The notes: generated by a model not told the origin, from the sequence alone. 64,000 nucleotides of DNA from Candidatus Poseidoniaceae archaeon (GCA_049606035.1 JBMYVD010000004.1:2313-66312), one strand, 5' to 3'; positions 1-9,375 are shown, numbered from the stretch's first letter. Translations and numbers: made by a program.

Positions 1-458
1 GTAGTAGTTAATTCAGGCGAGTTACTACTTGTTTCCTCGACAACGTGTGTTGGCTCATTTATTTCAACAACTTCACCCAGGCCTGTTTGTTCTACAACAA
101 CAGGTTCAGTTTCTACAGAATCGATTTGAATTTCCTCTTCAGATGTTTCTGAATCAAGGTCGGAATGTGAATAAGGAATTGCAACTTCATTTACTTCGGA
201 TGTAAACGAACCTACTCCGAACGGGAGAGATGATTCAATCACCTCCGCTTTTGCACCCATACCAAAAGGTAGGACCTCAGATTTATCGACATCAAGTGTG
301 GCATCACCAATTGCATCTGCGATTTCTTCCAAGCCTGGAATTGTCTCGTCATCCATCACTATGTCGTCAACAGTGATGTCCATCGCGACCTGAGAACCGC
401 AGGATGGGCAAGCACCTCCGCCAAGGAAGAGTAAACCGCAAACTCTGCACTCCTGCAT
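1..458 (-). CDS. Partial CDS (3' end runs off the window start): N-terminal zinc-ribbon protein with an acidic tail
   Basis: ATG at 458-456 on the minus strand. I checked the frame by hand and it stays open to position 1; it is absent from the ORF track, probably because no stop lies in the window. Translation begins MQECRVCGLLFLGGGACPSCGSQV (CxxC..CxxC), followed by D/E-rich sequence with two LPFG(M/V)G motifs. Confidence 0.5.
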   Translation of the reverse strand, partial: MQECRVCGLLFLGGGACPSCGSQVAMDITVDDIVMDDETIPGLEEIADAIGDATLDVDKSEVLPFGMGAKAEVIESSLPFGVGSFTSEVNEVAIPYSHSDLDSETSEEEIQIDSVETEPVVVEQTGLGEVVEINEPTHVVEETSSNSPELTT

Positions 459-520
459 ATGACCGCCAAAGTGTGACAAAGGCGTGCAACCTTTGAACAC
501 ACCGCAACTTTGAGTGCTAA

Positions 521-2194
521 TCACTCTTCTTCGCGACCCTTAGTCGGAAGTGCACCAATTGTGAGATCAATAATCGATTCATCGTCAACCAGTGCCTCTG
601 CCCAATTTTTTCCTTTGCTCTTACCGTTGTAGTACTGCCAAACGATTCCTAGCAGAGCAATTCCAAGGAAAACGAATTTCCAAACTTCTGCTACCCAGTA
701 AACCATAACAACATATCCAGTGATTATCGATACAGTCATTAGCATGACAGGGAAACCTGCCTTGAAGAATTCATTGAATGATATCGGGTATCCTGCCTCT
801 TCGCTCATACCTGCGGTTACGACGTTAGCAGATGCGCCGATCAGAGTACCGTTACCACCAAGACATGCTCCGAAAGCTAAAGCCCAAATTAGTGGACCTA
901 AGTCAAGAGAGAGCGAGTCAGCGATTTGCAGTACGACTGGAATCATCGTAATTGTGTATGGAATGTTATCGATAAATGCAGATGCAATTGCACTGACCCA
1001 CAAAATGATAACAAGGGCTGCGACAAATTGGTAGTCAGGGTCGAAGTAACTGATTGCGGATTCGACCTGGTCACCTATCCAAGAAATAACTCCTAAGTGT
1101 TGCAGTGAGTGAATCAGTACAAACAGACCTGCGAAGAATATGAGAGTTGTCCATTCTACTTTCTCTAATGGTTCTTCAAGGTCATGCCTGTCTGTGACCA
1201 ATAACATCACCACGGCACCAACTAAAGCCACCCAAGACACGGGTATGTGTAATATTGGATTCAAGAAGAATCCTAGAATTACAAGTACCAAGACAGTTCC
1301 TGAGGTCTTCAGCATCTTGGCATCCTTTACTCCATACTTCGATTCTAGTTCTTCCACATCACGGATTCTCTCGCCAGAAAATTCCTCTGCATACATCCAC
1401 TTCAACATCATAAAAGTTGGAACAATGGTCAACATTATCCCTGGAGCTAATTCAACAATGAAGTCGTTGAATGATACACCCTCACTAGCCAGATGAGGAT
1501 AATCTGTGTTTGCAATTGCAGATTCGCTCATCATTGAACCAATGATGATATTTGGTGGGTCACCAATCATGGTTGCTGCTCCACCAATGTTTGAAAACAG
1601 TACTTCAGCAATCAACAGCGGAATTGGATTCAGGTCGAGTACACGGGCGAGTTGAATCGTAACTGGAGTAAGCAGTAGCATTGTAGTTACATTGTCAAGG
1701 AATGCAGACAAAACCGCTGTGACTGCACACAGAATTACGACCAAAGTCCAAACATTGCCATTGCTCTTCTTGTATGCTTGAACCGCAAACCACTCGAAAA
1801 TCCCGGTGTGAGAGATAATCCCAACCATCACCATCATTCCAAGGAGCAGACCGATAGTTTCCCACTCGATGAGAGTCGTTGTTTCTGCTAAGGAAAGTGC
1901 CGAACCAGCCTTGTAATGGTTCAAAGCTACAATTGCTGCAAGTCCACCAACAGCAGCCGCCAAAGTCCTGTGTACAACCTCGGTGATGATTAGTGCGTAA
2001 ACGAACAGTAGTATCCCTAGACCTACCCAAACCGGCTCTTTTCCAAGCCCATCTTTCAGAGAAATACCGATGTCAACAGTTGCCCCTCCACCTGCATTTG
2101 TGCTAGTGATGAATGCCATAAGCCCAGCACCAACTAAAGCGAGTAGAGAAATCCACTGCGAAGGGTGTCGATTTAGGATACGGTTGGTACGCAT
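521..2194 (-). CDS. Polytopic permease of the ArsB/NhaD/CitMHS-like (ion transporter superfamily) type
   Basis: Multiple hydrophobic helices. Motifs LSAFLDNVTTMLLLTPV and IGGAATMIGDPPNIIIG are typical of ArsB/NhaD-type permeases. I moved the start to the ATG at 2194 (MRTNRIL...) because the track start at 2278 overlaps the upstream yhbY-like gene. Confidence 0.7.
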   Translation of the reverse strand: MRTNRILNRHPSQWISLLALVGAGLMAFITSTNAGGGATVDIGISLKDGLGKEPVWVGLGILLFVYALIITEVVHRTLAAAVGGLAAIVALNHYKAGSALSLAETTTLIEWETIGLLLGMMVMVGIISHTGIFEWFAVQAYKKSNGNVWTLVVILCAVTAVLSAFLDNVTTMLLLTPVTIQLARVLDLNPIPLLIAEVLFSNIGGAATMIGDPPNIIIGSMMSESAIANTDYPHLASEGVSFNDFIVELAPGIMLTIVPTFMMLKWMYAEEFSGERIRDVEELESKYGVKDAKMLKTSGTVLVLVILGFFLNPILHIPVSWVALVGAVVMLLVTDRHDLEEPLEKVEWTTLIFFAGLFVLIHSLQHLGVISWIGDQVESAISYFDPDYQFVAALVIILWVSAIASAFIDNIPYTITMIPVVLQIADSLSLDLGPLIWALAFGACLGGNGTLIGASANVVTAGMSEEAGYPISFNEFFKAGFPVMLMTVSIITGYVVMVYWVAEVWKFVFLGIALLGIVWQYYNGKSKGKNWAEALVDDESIIDLTIGALPTKGREEE

Positions 2195-2231
2195 GTTTGT
2201 CGGGAGATACCTCGCCTCTATGAGTGTTAGG

Positions 2232-2555
2232 TCAAGATTGTGACCAAAGAACCCCAACATTTCCCCTAGCAAGAACAATCACTGCGGAAGTTTCCTCCGC
2301 CAAGTAATCCCAAACTTGGGTTCTGGAATCCCTCTCATAGATTCCTTTGTTGATCTTGATTTTTACCAACTTTCGTTTCTTGAGTTGGGCACGAATTTCT
2401 TCGACTATGTTTGGAGTTATTCCTGTTTTACCAATACGAACACTGGGTTGGAAATCTCTATCCATTGCCTGTCGTTTTATTCTTTCAGGGACGTCGCTAA
2501 TTTTTCCACCCCCGATTGTACTTTGGCCCACCGCCGAACCGTTTGATCGTTCCAC
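2232..2555 (-). CDS. YhbY/CRM-domain RNA-binding protein
   Basis: KRQAMDRDFQPSVRIGKTGITPNIVEEIRAQLKKRKLVKIKI aligns with the N-terminal half of E. coli YhbY (KQKQHLKGLAHPLKPVVLLGSNGLTEGVLAEIEQAL). The only canonical start that keeps the first helix is the GTG at 2555. Confidence 0.65.
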   Translation of the reverse strand: MERSNGSAVGQSTIGGGKISDVPERIKRQAMDRDFQPSVRIGKTGITPNIVEEIRAQLKKRKLVKIKINKGIYERDSRTQVWDYLAEETSAVIVLARGNVGVLWSQS

Positions 2556-2838
2556 ACTCTAGGCAAGTGGTGATACGCTGACCTTCTCGAATTCTCACCT
2601 TAGATGTGGCACCAGGAATCAATAGGCTTGTGCATCCTCTACAAATCCAGTGCCTGTGAGAAACTGGTAGAGGAAGGCGATTCCGGGATGAGGTCCTAAC
2701 CAAATGTTTGGCTGCATTAGTTCGTGCAATCATCGGCATTGATACGTCAGAAATGATTGAAGAGAGGTGAGTTTGGGCTTCTAAAGCAGATTCTCTGCGC
2801 TGCTTTTTTGCGCCCGAACGTGATCTTCTGCGGCTCAT
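2497..2838 (-). CDS. rnp4: RNase P protein component 4 (Rpr2/Rpp21 family)
   Basis: Basic N-terminus followed by a zinc ribbon, CRGCTSLLIPG...RITTCLECGTIKRF, in a 113-aa protein. This matches the archaeal Rpp21 layout. Confidence 0.7.
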   Translation of the reverse strand: MSRRRSRSGAKKQRRESALEAQTHLSSIISDVSMPMIARTNAAKHLVRTSSRNRLPLPVSHRHWICRGCTSLLIPGATSKVRIREGQRITTCLECGTIKRFGGGPKYNRGWKN

Positions 2839-2847
2839 GCTTACAAC

Positions 2848-3480
2848 TCACTTCAGTGCATCAAGAATGTCGTTTGTGATTAAATCAATGGCTCTATCAC
2901 CGTTTATCACATGGAAGATTCCTTTAGATTCGTACCAATCTGCTAGAGGAGATGTCTGTTCATGGTATGCTTCTAGTCTACTCATCACTGTTTCTGCATT
3001 ATCGTCAGCACGTCTCTTGAATTCCTCACCACCACACGAATCGCAAATACCGTCTTTGGATGTTGGCTTGAAAGAGTCATGGTAAACTGCACCACAATCA
3101 GCACATGTGTACCTACCGCAAATCCTGTCTACAATTCTCTCATCAGGAACTTCGATTGAAATCACGTGTGAAACTGCTGTGATGTCTGCTAATGCCTCAG
3201 CCTGTGGCACAGTACGGGGAAAACCATCAAACATCACGCCGTTTTTTGCATCAGGTTCCTTGATTCTATCCTTTATGAGGTCGATTATCACTTGGTCTGG
3301 TACCAATTGTCCAGCATCCATGTATTTCTTCGCCTCTATCCCGGTTGGAGTCCCTGCAGAAACTGCAGCTCTAAGCATGTCGCCTGTGCTTACCTGAGGT
3401 AAGCCGGTTGAATCCATGATTCGCTGTGCTTGAGTCCCTTTTCCAGCCCCCGGAGGACCGAACAAAACTATGCTCTCCAT
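2848..3480 (-). CDS. adk: Adenylate kinase (long form with four-Cys zinc lid)
   Basis: P-loop MESIVLFGPPGAGKGTQ and lid CGRYTCADCG...CDSCGG. The start is set to the ATG at 3480; the track start at 3570 would overlap the upstream gene. Confidence 0.9.
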   Translation of the reverse strand: MESIVLFGPPGAGKGTQAQRIMDSTGLPQVSTGDMLRAAVSAGTPTGIEAKKYMDAGQLVPDQVIIDLIKDRIKEPDAKNGVMFDGFPRTVPQAEALADITAVSHVISIEVPDERIVDRICGRYTCADCGAVYHDSFKPTSKDGICDSCGGEEFKRRADDNAETVMSRLEAYHEQTSPLADWYESKGIFHVINGDRAIDLITNDILDALK

Positions 3481-3506
3481 GCCCCGGGCGTAGACTGCTT
3501 CTGTTT

Positions 3507-6500
3507 TCACTGTTGGCCTTGTTGGGCTAACCACTGATGGCCATAATATTGCCATTGCTCCATTGTCCAACCTGGAGGTAAACCACCCGGTGGCAAAGGC
3601 GGTCCAACTTGTGGAGCAGGTGCTTGAGGTACAGGAGGTTGAGGCGTTGGTGCTGGTGGTCTTCCTTGAGGAATAGCCACAGACGGGCGACCAGCGGGTA
3701 CTGCGCTTGGAGGCCTCCCTTGCGGCACCATTGCTGGAGCAGAAGGCGGTGGCAAGCTAGGAATAGATTTAGCCAATGCATCTGCTATCTCTTCCGCAGA
3801 AACACCGCCGCTGGCCAATGATTCCTGTCCTACTACGGAATCCATAACCGCCCTCATTCTAGCGCCGTCATCAGGAATCGAATGGGCATCAGGAGCAACC
3901 AATTCCTCTCCAGATGTGTCTCTTGGAGCAGACTTCTTGATTCTCCTAGCAATAATCGCAACACCTAGAACCAAAGCCCCAATAACTGAATAACCAACTG
4001 TTGGAGAAACAATGCCAAATAATCCACCTTGTGCTTGTGTATTCTTTACGCTTATTTCCAGCGTTGCTGTGGCTGAACCACATGACAAGGTTAGTTCTTC
4101 TATGCCTGCCTTTGTATCATCATTGGGCTCAACTTTAACCTCTGCACCTACAGATTCACCGGGTGCTAAATTTGAGATTTCTCCCATCGATAGTGATACA
4201 TCCCAATATTTGGCATCAATATTTGCAATTAGTTCTGAATCAAGTGGTACATTCCCAACGTTTCTGATTGTGATTTTTTGCATTGAGTCATCGTTTCGAT
4301 CGATACCAAGCAAAGGTCTGGACTCATCATCGTACTCTATCGAGCAAAAGGCCCCTGCTTGGACCTCGACTGCATAACTTTCGGAGATTTGTAGTGTCTC
4401 AAAACCATTATTGATAGTTACATAGATTCCAATATCAAATGTAGTTGATGTTGGCTCATTAACAGGTGCCTTGATTCCAACGATTAGTTCGCTACTTTCC
4501 CTAGGTCCCAAGATTGTTGGAGGAGCAGCAAATCCTACCTCCCATCCATCCAAGGGCAGTGAGTTTGACCATTCCAAACCGATTTGAGAATTTCCGGTAT
4601 TCTCTACCATTAATGTCGTGTAAGTGAATTCACCGTTAGGTGTAACATCGAGTGTTCCATTTGTTGGTGGTGAAATCAAAAGACCAATTTCATCCTTAAC
4701 CACGAGAGTTGTTTCATTGATAATGAAATTAGATACATCCTGACTGGTCTTTATCACCAGACGGTTCTCATCATTCCTTTCGGCGACTGGTGAGACTAGA
4801 ACTTCGAACTTAACCTCGCCCGTTTGTCCGGGAAGAATTTCAATTGTTACCTCTCTGTTATTGGTTTGAGAATCTGTGCGAACTTGAATTGTCCAAGTAG
4901 TGAGTTCTGGATTTACTCTAACGGTCAAATCCAAAGGAGCGTTACCAGTGTTTTCTATGATTAGTGATAGATTCAACCTTTCTGCCGTATCTACATTCAC
5001 ATCTCTAGCGGTGGTAGCAGGACCAACCGGAATTCCCTCATGGTCTATCAAATCAGTCGAAAACGATTCGAGTGTCTTTACCGTCAGCGTTACAGTTTCT
5101 GAAACGTTTAATGAAAGATCTGTCTCACTCGTAACGGTGCAAGTTATCGAATCTGTGGCTCCAGCCGCAGGCAAACCATCGGTTACAGGTGGGACATACA
5201 ATCTTACTTGCATGGGGAGATATTCCAAAATATCCAGTGGCTCAAAAGAGTAGGAAGAGGAATTAGAATCTCCCAACTCAACTACCCATCTGTTTTCACT
5301 AATACAATCCAAATCGTATACGGCAGGGGAATTACCAATATTCCTAACCGATATTGAAAATGCTGTATTTCCACCAGGTATAGCTTCCAAACCTGTTGTA
5401 CCGGCTGGTGCAACCTGAACATCTTTAACTTCTTCAACAACTAACTTGAGCCTAATGGTATGTTTTACAGTTGGATTATTCGAATACTTTGCAGTAACGT
5501 CCATGACATATGTTCCTGCCATAGCAAATCGCTTTGTTTGCCCTGATAGGTCTGCATCATCATCGTTCATTGTTATGTTTAGGTAAATTGAATCTCCTGA
5601 TTGTCCCATTGGTGATAAGGTGAAAGGGCCTGACAAATCTGAGGTCCTTGACCAAGTATCTTCTGGAGGGAGCAGTAAATCATCACGTATTGGATGAGGA
5701 ATTTGGACTTGAGACAACTGTAGTTTCACTGACTGCTGTCCTGTACCTTCGTGTTTGAGAACAACCGGCCAAGTGTAACCTTCAGCTACTGAAGGATTTA
5801 TTGTTTGGTTTACCATATTCACATTTTCTTGGCCGTTTTCATCCAAGGCGACCAGCCTTACACCCAAAGCGGAAACTGAAATGGTCATTTCTTTGATATT
5901 GTTGTTTACTCCGCTTAGTTCATCATTAATCTCATCAATTTGAGAGTCGACATCAACTGTTAATCTCATATCATGATCGCCAGTTGATGCAAACGAATGA
6001 TAAATCGTAATGGAATCAACCTGCCCTGCATCTAGTGATTGACGTGTCCCTTCGAATACTACTGTACCTTCAGTTAGATCTTCGAGTTTGACCTTGAATT
6101 GACCTGCATCAGAAGTTCCTTGGTTTAGCCATGAAAGTCTCAATGTGATTAAATCGTTTTGAAGAGGGGATGCAGATGACGGGAATATCGATCCATCAAA
6201 GACAATCAAATCTGCTTTCTCGTCGAGCGTGGCATCAGCAGTGACAACTAAGCCGTATGCTTGCTCGAGCCCTCCAGCGTGATTCACAGTCAACTGCCAC
6301 TTACCTGAGGGAAGAACTGAATTTGGTGAAATTTTTATCCTCTCAATATTGTTTACAGAATCATGTACGCCATTGGGAGTTGAGAATCCATTGGCGAATA
6401 CGTTTCCTTTGTACACAGTCCCATCTGGTGCTGTCAATTTCAAATCTAGGTCATTTACCAACCTAGATTCACCCTGTGGAGCGTTTGCACTGCCTGCAAC

Positions 6501-8282
6501 ATCGGTCCACGCTAATGTTATCTCAATACCGGATGTCGGATCCAAATCAAATTGGTAAAGTGTTGAAAATCCTGCATTGAGTGTTCGAGAATTGTCATGG
6601 TAAGTTGAAAGCACATTTCCGCCATATTCTGGCATTACGGAACCTGCAACAGAAACTTGCCCCCAACCTTCCTCTGAATTCGGAATATTTGGTGTGCCTA
6701 GGTCAACAGCACCGTTAACCGTGGCTGCTTTCAGAAGTGCTGCAGTAGGATTAGTGATTCCAACATCTTCTCTAATGAATTCACGAATTAGGGAAACTGA
6801 GCCCCCTGCCACGGCGGTAGCCTGACTGGAACCGGATAATGACATGTACATGTCATTGCCATTTGCGTGGGTTCCTGAACCACAACTTGTCCCTACTGGA
6901 ATTGCAGCTTCTTCAGCCCTTCCGGAACAAATAGCAACACCTGGGGCGACGATGTCAGGCTTGACCCTACCATCTAAAGAGGGACCAAGCGATGAAAAAT
7001 TAGCTACGCTTCCACTTGGATTGGTAGTAGAAGCACCTACTGATAGGACGTTTTTGGCAGTAGATGGGGCCATTACACTGGAAGAATTTTGAGAGGGGTC
7101 ATCTCCAGCAGAAAAGATTGGAAGGAATTCAGGATTATCGTTTACGAATACGTCAACAGACCTTGAGTCGGCCGTGTATGCACCGTAGTTTCCATTTAAT
7201 CCCCAAGCATTGACGGCTACTCTAGAACCTTCTTGTTCAGCATGATTTAGCATATCATAAATCGAACCGATTCTTCCGAAAATTCCTGTCGGGTTATGCT
7301 CCAAAGCATAAGCAACGATGTATGCGCCTGGAGCGATTCCTTCAGCACTTGAATCTCCAGTTCCATCCCCTGCCAGTGTTATTGCTACGTGTGTACCATG
7401 ACCACCGTTTGTGTCAGAGGGATTAGGGTCTAGCCCATATTGGGTGTAAACGCCGGCAATCCTGCCAAAAATATCGGGGTGGTCTTGGTCGATTCCAGTA
7501 TCTGTGAATGTGATTTTCTCACCAGAACCATCGAGGCCCAAGGATGAGTTTTTGAGTTCAGAAATTCCTACGATTGCTCCTGCTACGGCATTTGTTAACC
7601 TGATTTCATGTGCTTTTTCTGCCCAAATTATTCGACCATCTCTTGCTAGTGACTCTAGGTTGGGATATCCTTTAACTTCGCACAAATGCAATCCACACCA
7701 TGCTTCATCAGCCCCCATCGAAACTAAGTCTAGCGCTAGAAGTTCAAGTGAAGAAGCCTTCAAATCGGGAGCAGGAATTATTGAGATGAAATCTGTATTT
7801 TTATCCACCGATTCAGAAACTCTCCAACCAGGCATCATAGCCCCCGCCCATCTCACAGATTCATCGCTCTGAAGGTTAGCGAGGTCGTCAGGATGAGAGA
7901 GTCTAACTAGCCAATTTGATGGACCTAGATTGTCGAGTATAAAGAGATTGTACTCATCAACAATATCGTAGAGTAATGTTCCAGTGTGGTGCTTGAGTTG
8001 GATAATAGCCATCCCCGTCGTACGGTAATCATTAGAATCATCAAGGCGTGATTTAGGCAGATCATCTGTCAGTGGATCGAATGATCCAGATTCTAAATGT
8101 ATGTTATAATCAAGAGATTTTAGTGAAGATTGAGAGGTGTCAATCGGTTGTATTGCGTGCCAATTTGCGGCAGCAATCTCACGCTCGCTGACCTCTACAT
8201 CGATTGGATTGTCACTGGCTGTTGACAATGGTGCAAGGAGGAGTATTGCGAGGATGATTACTGTCCTTCGCTGTACCAACAT
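3507..8282 (-). CDS. Giant membrane-tethered subtilisin-like (S8) serine protease with CARDB-like repeats and a cytoplasmic Pro-rich tail
   Basis: Signal peptide MLVQRRTVIILAILLLAPLSTASD. S8 triad motifs FTDTGIDQDHPD, GGHGTHVA and LSGSSQATAVAGG lie at about nt 6753-7520. A P-domain-like stretch LAWTDVAGS..LVNDLDLKL follows, then repeated N(T/Q/V)GN.. beta-sandwich modules. A C-terminal TM (VIGALVLGVAIIARRIKK) precedes a 146-aa tail. Confidence 0.9.
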   Translation of the reverse strand: MLVQRRTVIILAILLLAPLSTASDNPIDVEVSEREIAAANWHAIQPIDTSQSSLKSLDYNIHLESGSFDPLTDDLPKSRLDDSNDYRTTGMAIIQLKHHTGTLLYDIVDEYNLFILDNLGPSNWLVRLSHPDDLANLQSDESVRWAGAMMPGWRVSESVDKNTDFISIIPAPDLKASSLELLALDLVSMGADEAWCGLHLCEVKGYPNLESLARDGRIIWAEKAHEIRLTNAVAGAIVGISELKNSSLGLDGSGEKITFTDTGIDQDHPDIFGRIAGVYTQYGLDPNPSDTNGGHGTHVAITLAGDGTGDSSAEGIAPGAYIVAYALEHNPTGIFGRIGSIYDMLNHAEQEGSRVAVNAWGLNGNYGAYTADSRSVDVFVNDNPEFLPIFSAGDDPSQNSSSVMAPSTAKNVLSVGASTTNPSGSVANFSSLGPSLDGRVKPDIVAPGVAICSGRAEEAAIPVGTSCGSGTHANGNDMYMSLSGSSQATAVAGGSVSLIREFIREDVGITNPTAALLKAATVNGAVDLGTPNIPNSEEGWGQVSVAGSVMPEYGGNVLSTYHDNSRTLNAGFSTLYQFDLDPTSGIEITLAWTDVAGSANAPQGESRLVNDLDLKLTAPDGTVYKGNVFANGFSTPNGVHDSVNNIERIKISPNSVLPSGKWQLTVNHAGGLEQAYGLVVTADATLDEKADLIVFDGSIFPSSASPLQNDLITLRLSWLNQGTSDAGQFKVKLEDLTEGTVVFEGTRQSLDAGQVDSITIYHSFASTGDHDMRLTVDVDSQIDEINDELSGVNNNIKEMTISVSALGVRLVALDENGQENVNMVNQTINPSVAEGYTWPVVLKHEGTGQQSVKLQLSQVQIPHPIRDDLLLPPEDTWSRTSDLSGPFTLSPMGQSGDSIYLNITMNDDDADLSGQTKRFAMAGTYVMDVTAKYSNNPTVKHTIRLKLVVEEVKDVQVAPAGTTGLEAIPGGNTAFSISVRNIGNSPAVYDLDCISENRWVVELGDSNSSSYSFEPLDILEYLPMQVRLYVPPVTDGLPAAGATDSITCTVTSETDLSLNVSETVTLTVKTLESFSTDLIDHEGIPVGPATTARDVNVDTAERLNLSLIIENTGNAPLDLTVRVNPELTTWTIQVRTDSQTNNREVTIEILPGQTGEVKFEVLVSPVAERNDENRLVIKTSQDVSNFIINETTLVVKDEIGLLISPPTNGTLDVTPNGEFTYTTLMVENTGNSQIGLEWSNSLPLDGWEVGFAAPPTILGPRESSELIVGIKAPVNEPTSTTFDIGIYVTINNGFETLQISESYAVEVQAGAFCSIEYDDESRPLLGIDRNDDSMQKITIRNVGNVPLDSELIANIDAKYWDVSLSMGEISNLAPGESVGAEVKVEPNDDTKAGIEELTLSCGSATATLEISVKNTQAQGGLFGIVSPTVGYSVIGALVLGVAIIARRIKKSAPRDTSGEELVAPDAHSIPDDGARMRAVMDSVVGQESLASGGVSAEEIADALAKSIPSLPPPSAPAMVPQGRPPSAVPAGRPSVAIPQGRPPAPTPQPPVPQAPAPQVGPPLPPGGLPPGWTMEQWQYYGHQWLAQQGQQ

Positions 8283-8325
8283 AAGTATCCGGAATGCGCA
8301 TGTGTACTTGAATACAAGCCCCTGC

Positions 8326-8343
8326 TGAGCCCTTCAGGGCTCA
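8326..8343 (-). terminator. GC-rich hairpin whose stem includes the gap stop codon (TGAGCCC-TGAA-GGGCTCA on the minus strand)
   Basis: Perfect 7-bp stem with a 4-nt loop. It sits between the gap stop (8341-8343) and the next gene's start (8282). Confidence 0.4.
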
Positions 8344-9375
8344 TTCAAACATCGATGCAATTGCTGCATCTGTTTTCTGAACAGATACACGCCAATCTGA
8401 TTCTGTACCCATCAGCGCACGTATTGCATCTATGTTCTCTGGAATTACATCGGACTCTTGATGGATTGCCTGGAAATAATACAGGTTGTTCCCAACCAAC
8501 TTGACTCCATCTTCCCATACGAAAATCTCGTGCAGGTCGCCCCATGTTCTACCCATGTCACGAGCGAATTCCATGACTTCTGCTGTTGTTGTAATTCCAG
8601 TCTCGGCGCCGTTCATAATTACAACACGTGGACAACTTGACCACATTTCGAGAACACTTTCGGTTGTCAACCCATGACCCTCTGGTAGAGTTGCAACAAT
8701 TGAGTGGACGTGCATAATTGTTGTAGGAACTGCCACCGCTAGAGAATTAATCTTGATTTCAGGTTTTACTGTCATTACGTCCGGACCGTGATGGCTTGGG
8801 ACCTTCAGAACAGGTTTGATTGCGTTGATAGGTCCTTTCTTTGAATCTCCGGGGTCTGCTGCTCTGCGTATCATTGTACACTCAACAGATAACTCCCCAC
8901 AATGCTCGTACAAAGGAACAAGTGTTCTGGATAAACCAGTCGTATTACATGAAACAACTCTCGTCCCTTCCACATTCATGTTTGCTGCATGGTTGGCACA
9001 CGAGGTGTAGGACATACCTGTCATTGCGTGTTTTTCGCCTCCTTGGAAAATCCACTTTATTCCTGCAGATTGATACTTTGCCTTATTTTCTGCACCAAGT
9101 TTTCCAGGTGAACAGTCGATGACAATATCTGCTACTGAGAGCAAATCTGAAAGACCACCATGACATTCGTATCCAGCACTGGCAAATGCTGCAATTTTTT
9201 CTTCGTCGTCAAAGGTACAATACAACGGGTATCCTTTTCTTACGGCTAAATCACAACCAAAGGCTGGGCGAGTTTTTGTTACTCCAATGATTTCCATGTC
9301 ATCTTGGCAAGCGACTGCATCAGCAACCCGCTTTCCAATTGTGCCGTATCCGTTAATTGCAACCTTGATGGTCAT
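8341..9375 (-). CDS. gap: Glyceraldehyde-3-phosphate dehydrogenase, archaeal type II
   Basis: MTIKVAINGYGTIGKRVADAV Rossmann start and catalytic VSCNTTGL. The 344-aa length is typical of the archaeal class. Confidence 0.9.
   Translation of the reverse strand: MTIKVAINGYGTIGKRVADAVACQDDMEIIGVTKTRPAFGCDLAVRKGYPLYCTFDDEEKIAAFASAGYECHGGLSDLLSVADIVIDCSPGKLGAENKAKYQSAGIKWIFQGGEKHAMTGMSYTSCANHAANMNVEGTRVVSCNTTGLSRTLVPLYEHCGELSVECTMIRRAADPGDSKKGPINAIKPVLKVPSHHGPDVMTVKPEIKINSLAVAVPTTIMHVHSIVATLPEGHGLTTESVLEMWSSCPRVVIMNGAETGITTTAEVMEFARDMGRTWGDLHEIFVWEDGVKLVGNNLYYFQAIHQESDVIPENIDAIRALMGTESDWRVSVQKTDAAIASMFE

Noticed and set aside
3481-3570. N-terminal extension of the adk ORF in the track (start at 3570). 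Similar extended starts occur for the transporter (2278), rps15 (24587), dnaJ (29673), pheT (10963) and the FAS1 protein (15605).
   Set aside because: The extensions overlap upstream genes or promoter elements. The conserved N-termini (P-loop, MARMYAKRKGK, J domain, MPTISV, signal peptide) begin at internal ATGs.
3528-3581. Canonical WW domain at the tail terminus (the LPPGW start is reminiscent of one)
   Set aside because: The tryptophans are 5 and 12 residues apart instead of about 20-22, and the segment is too short for a three-stranded WW fold. I treat it as a novel short motif.
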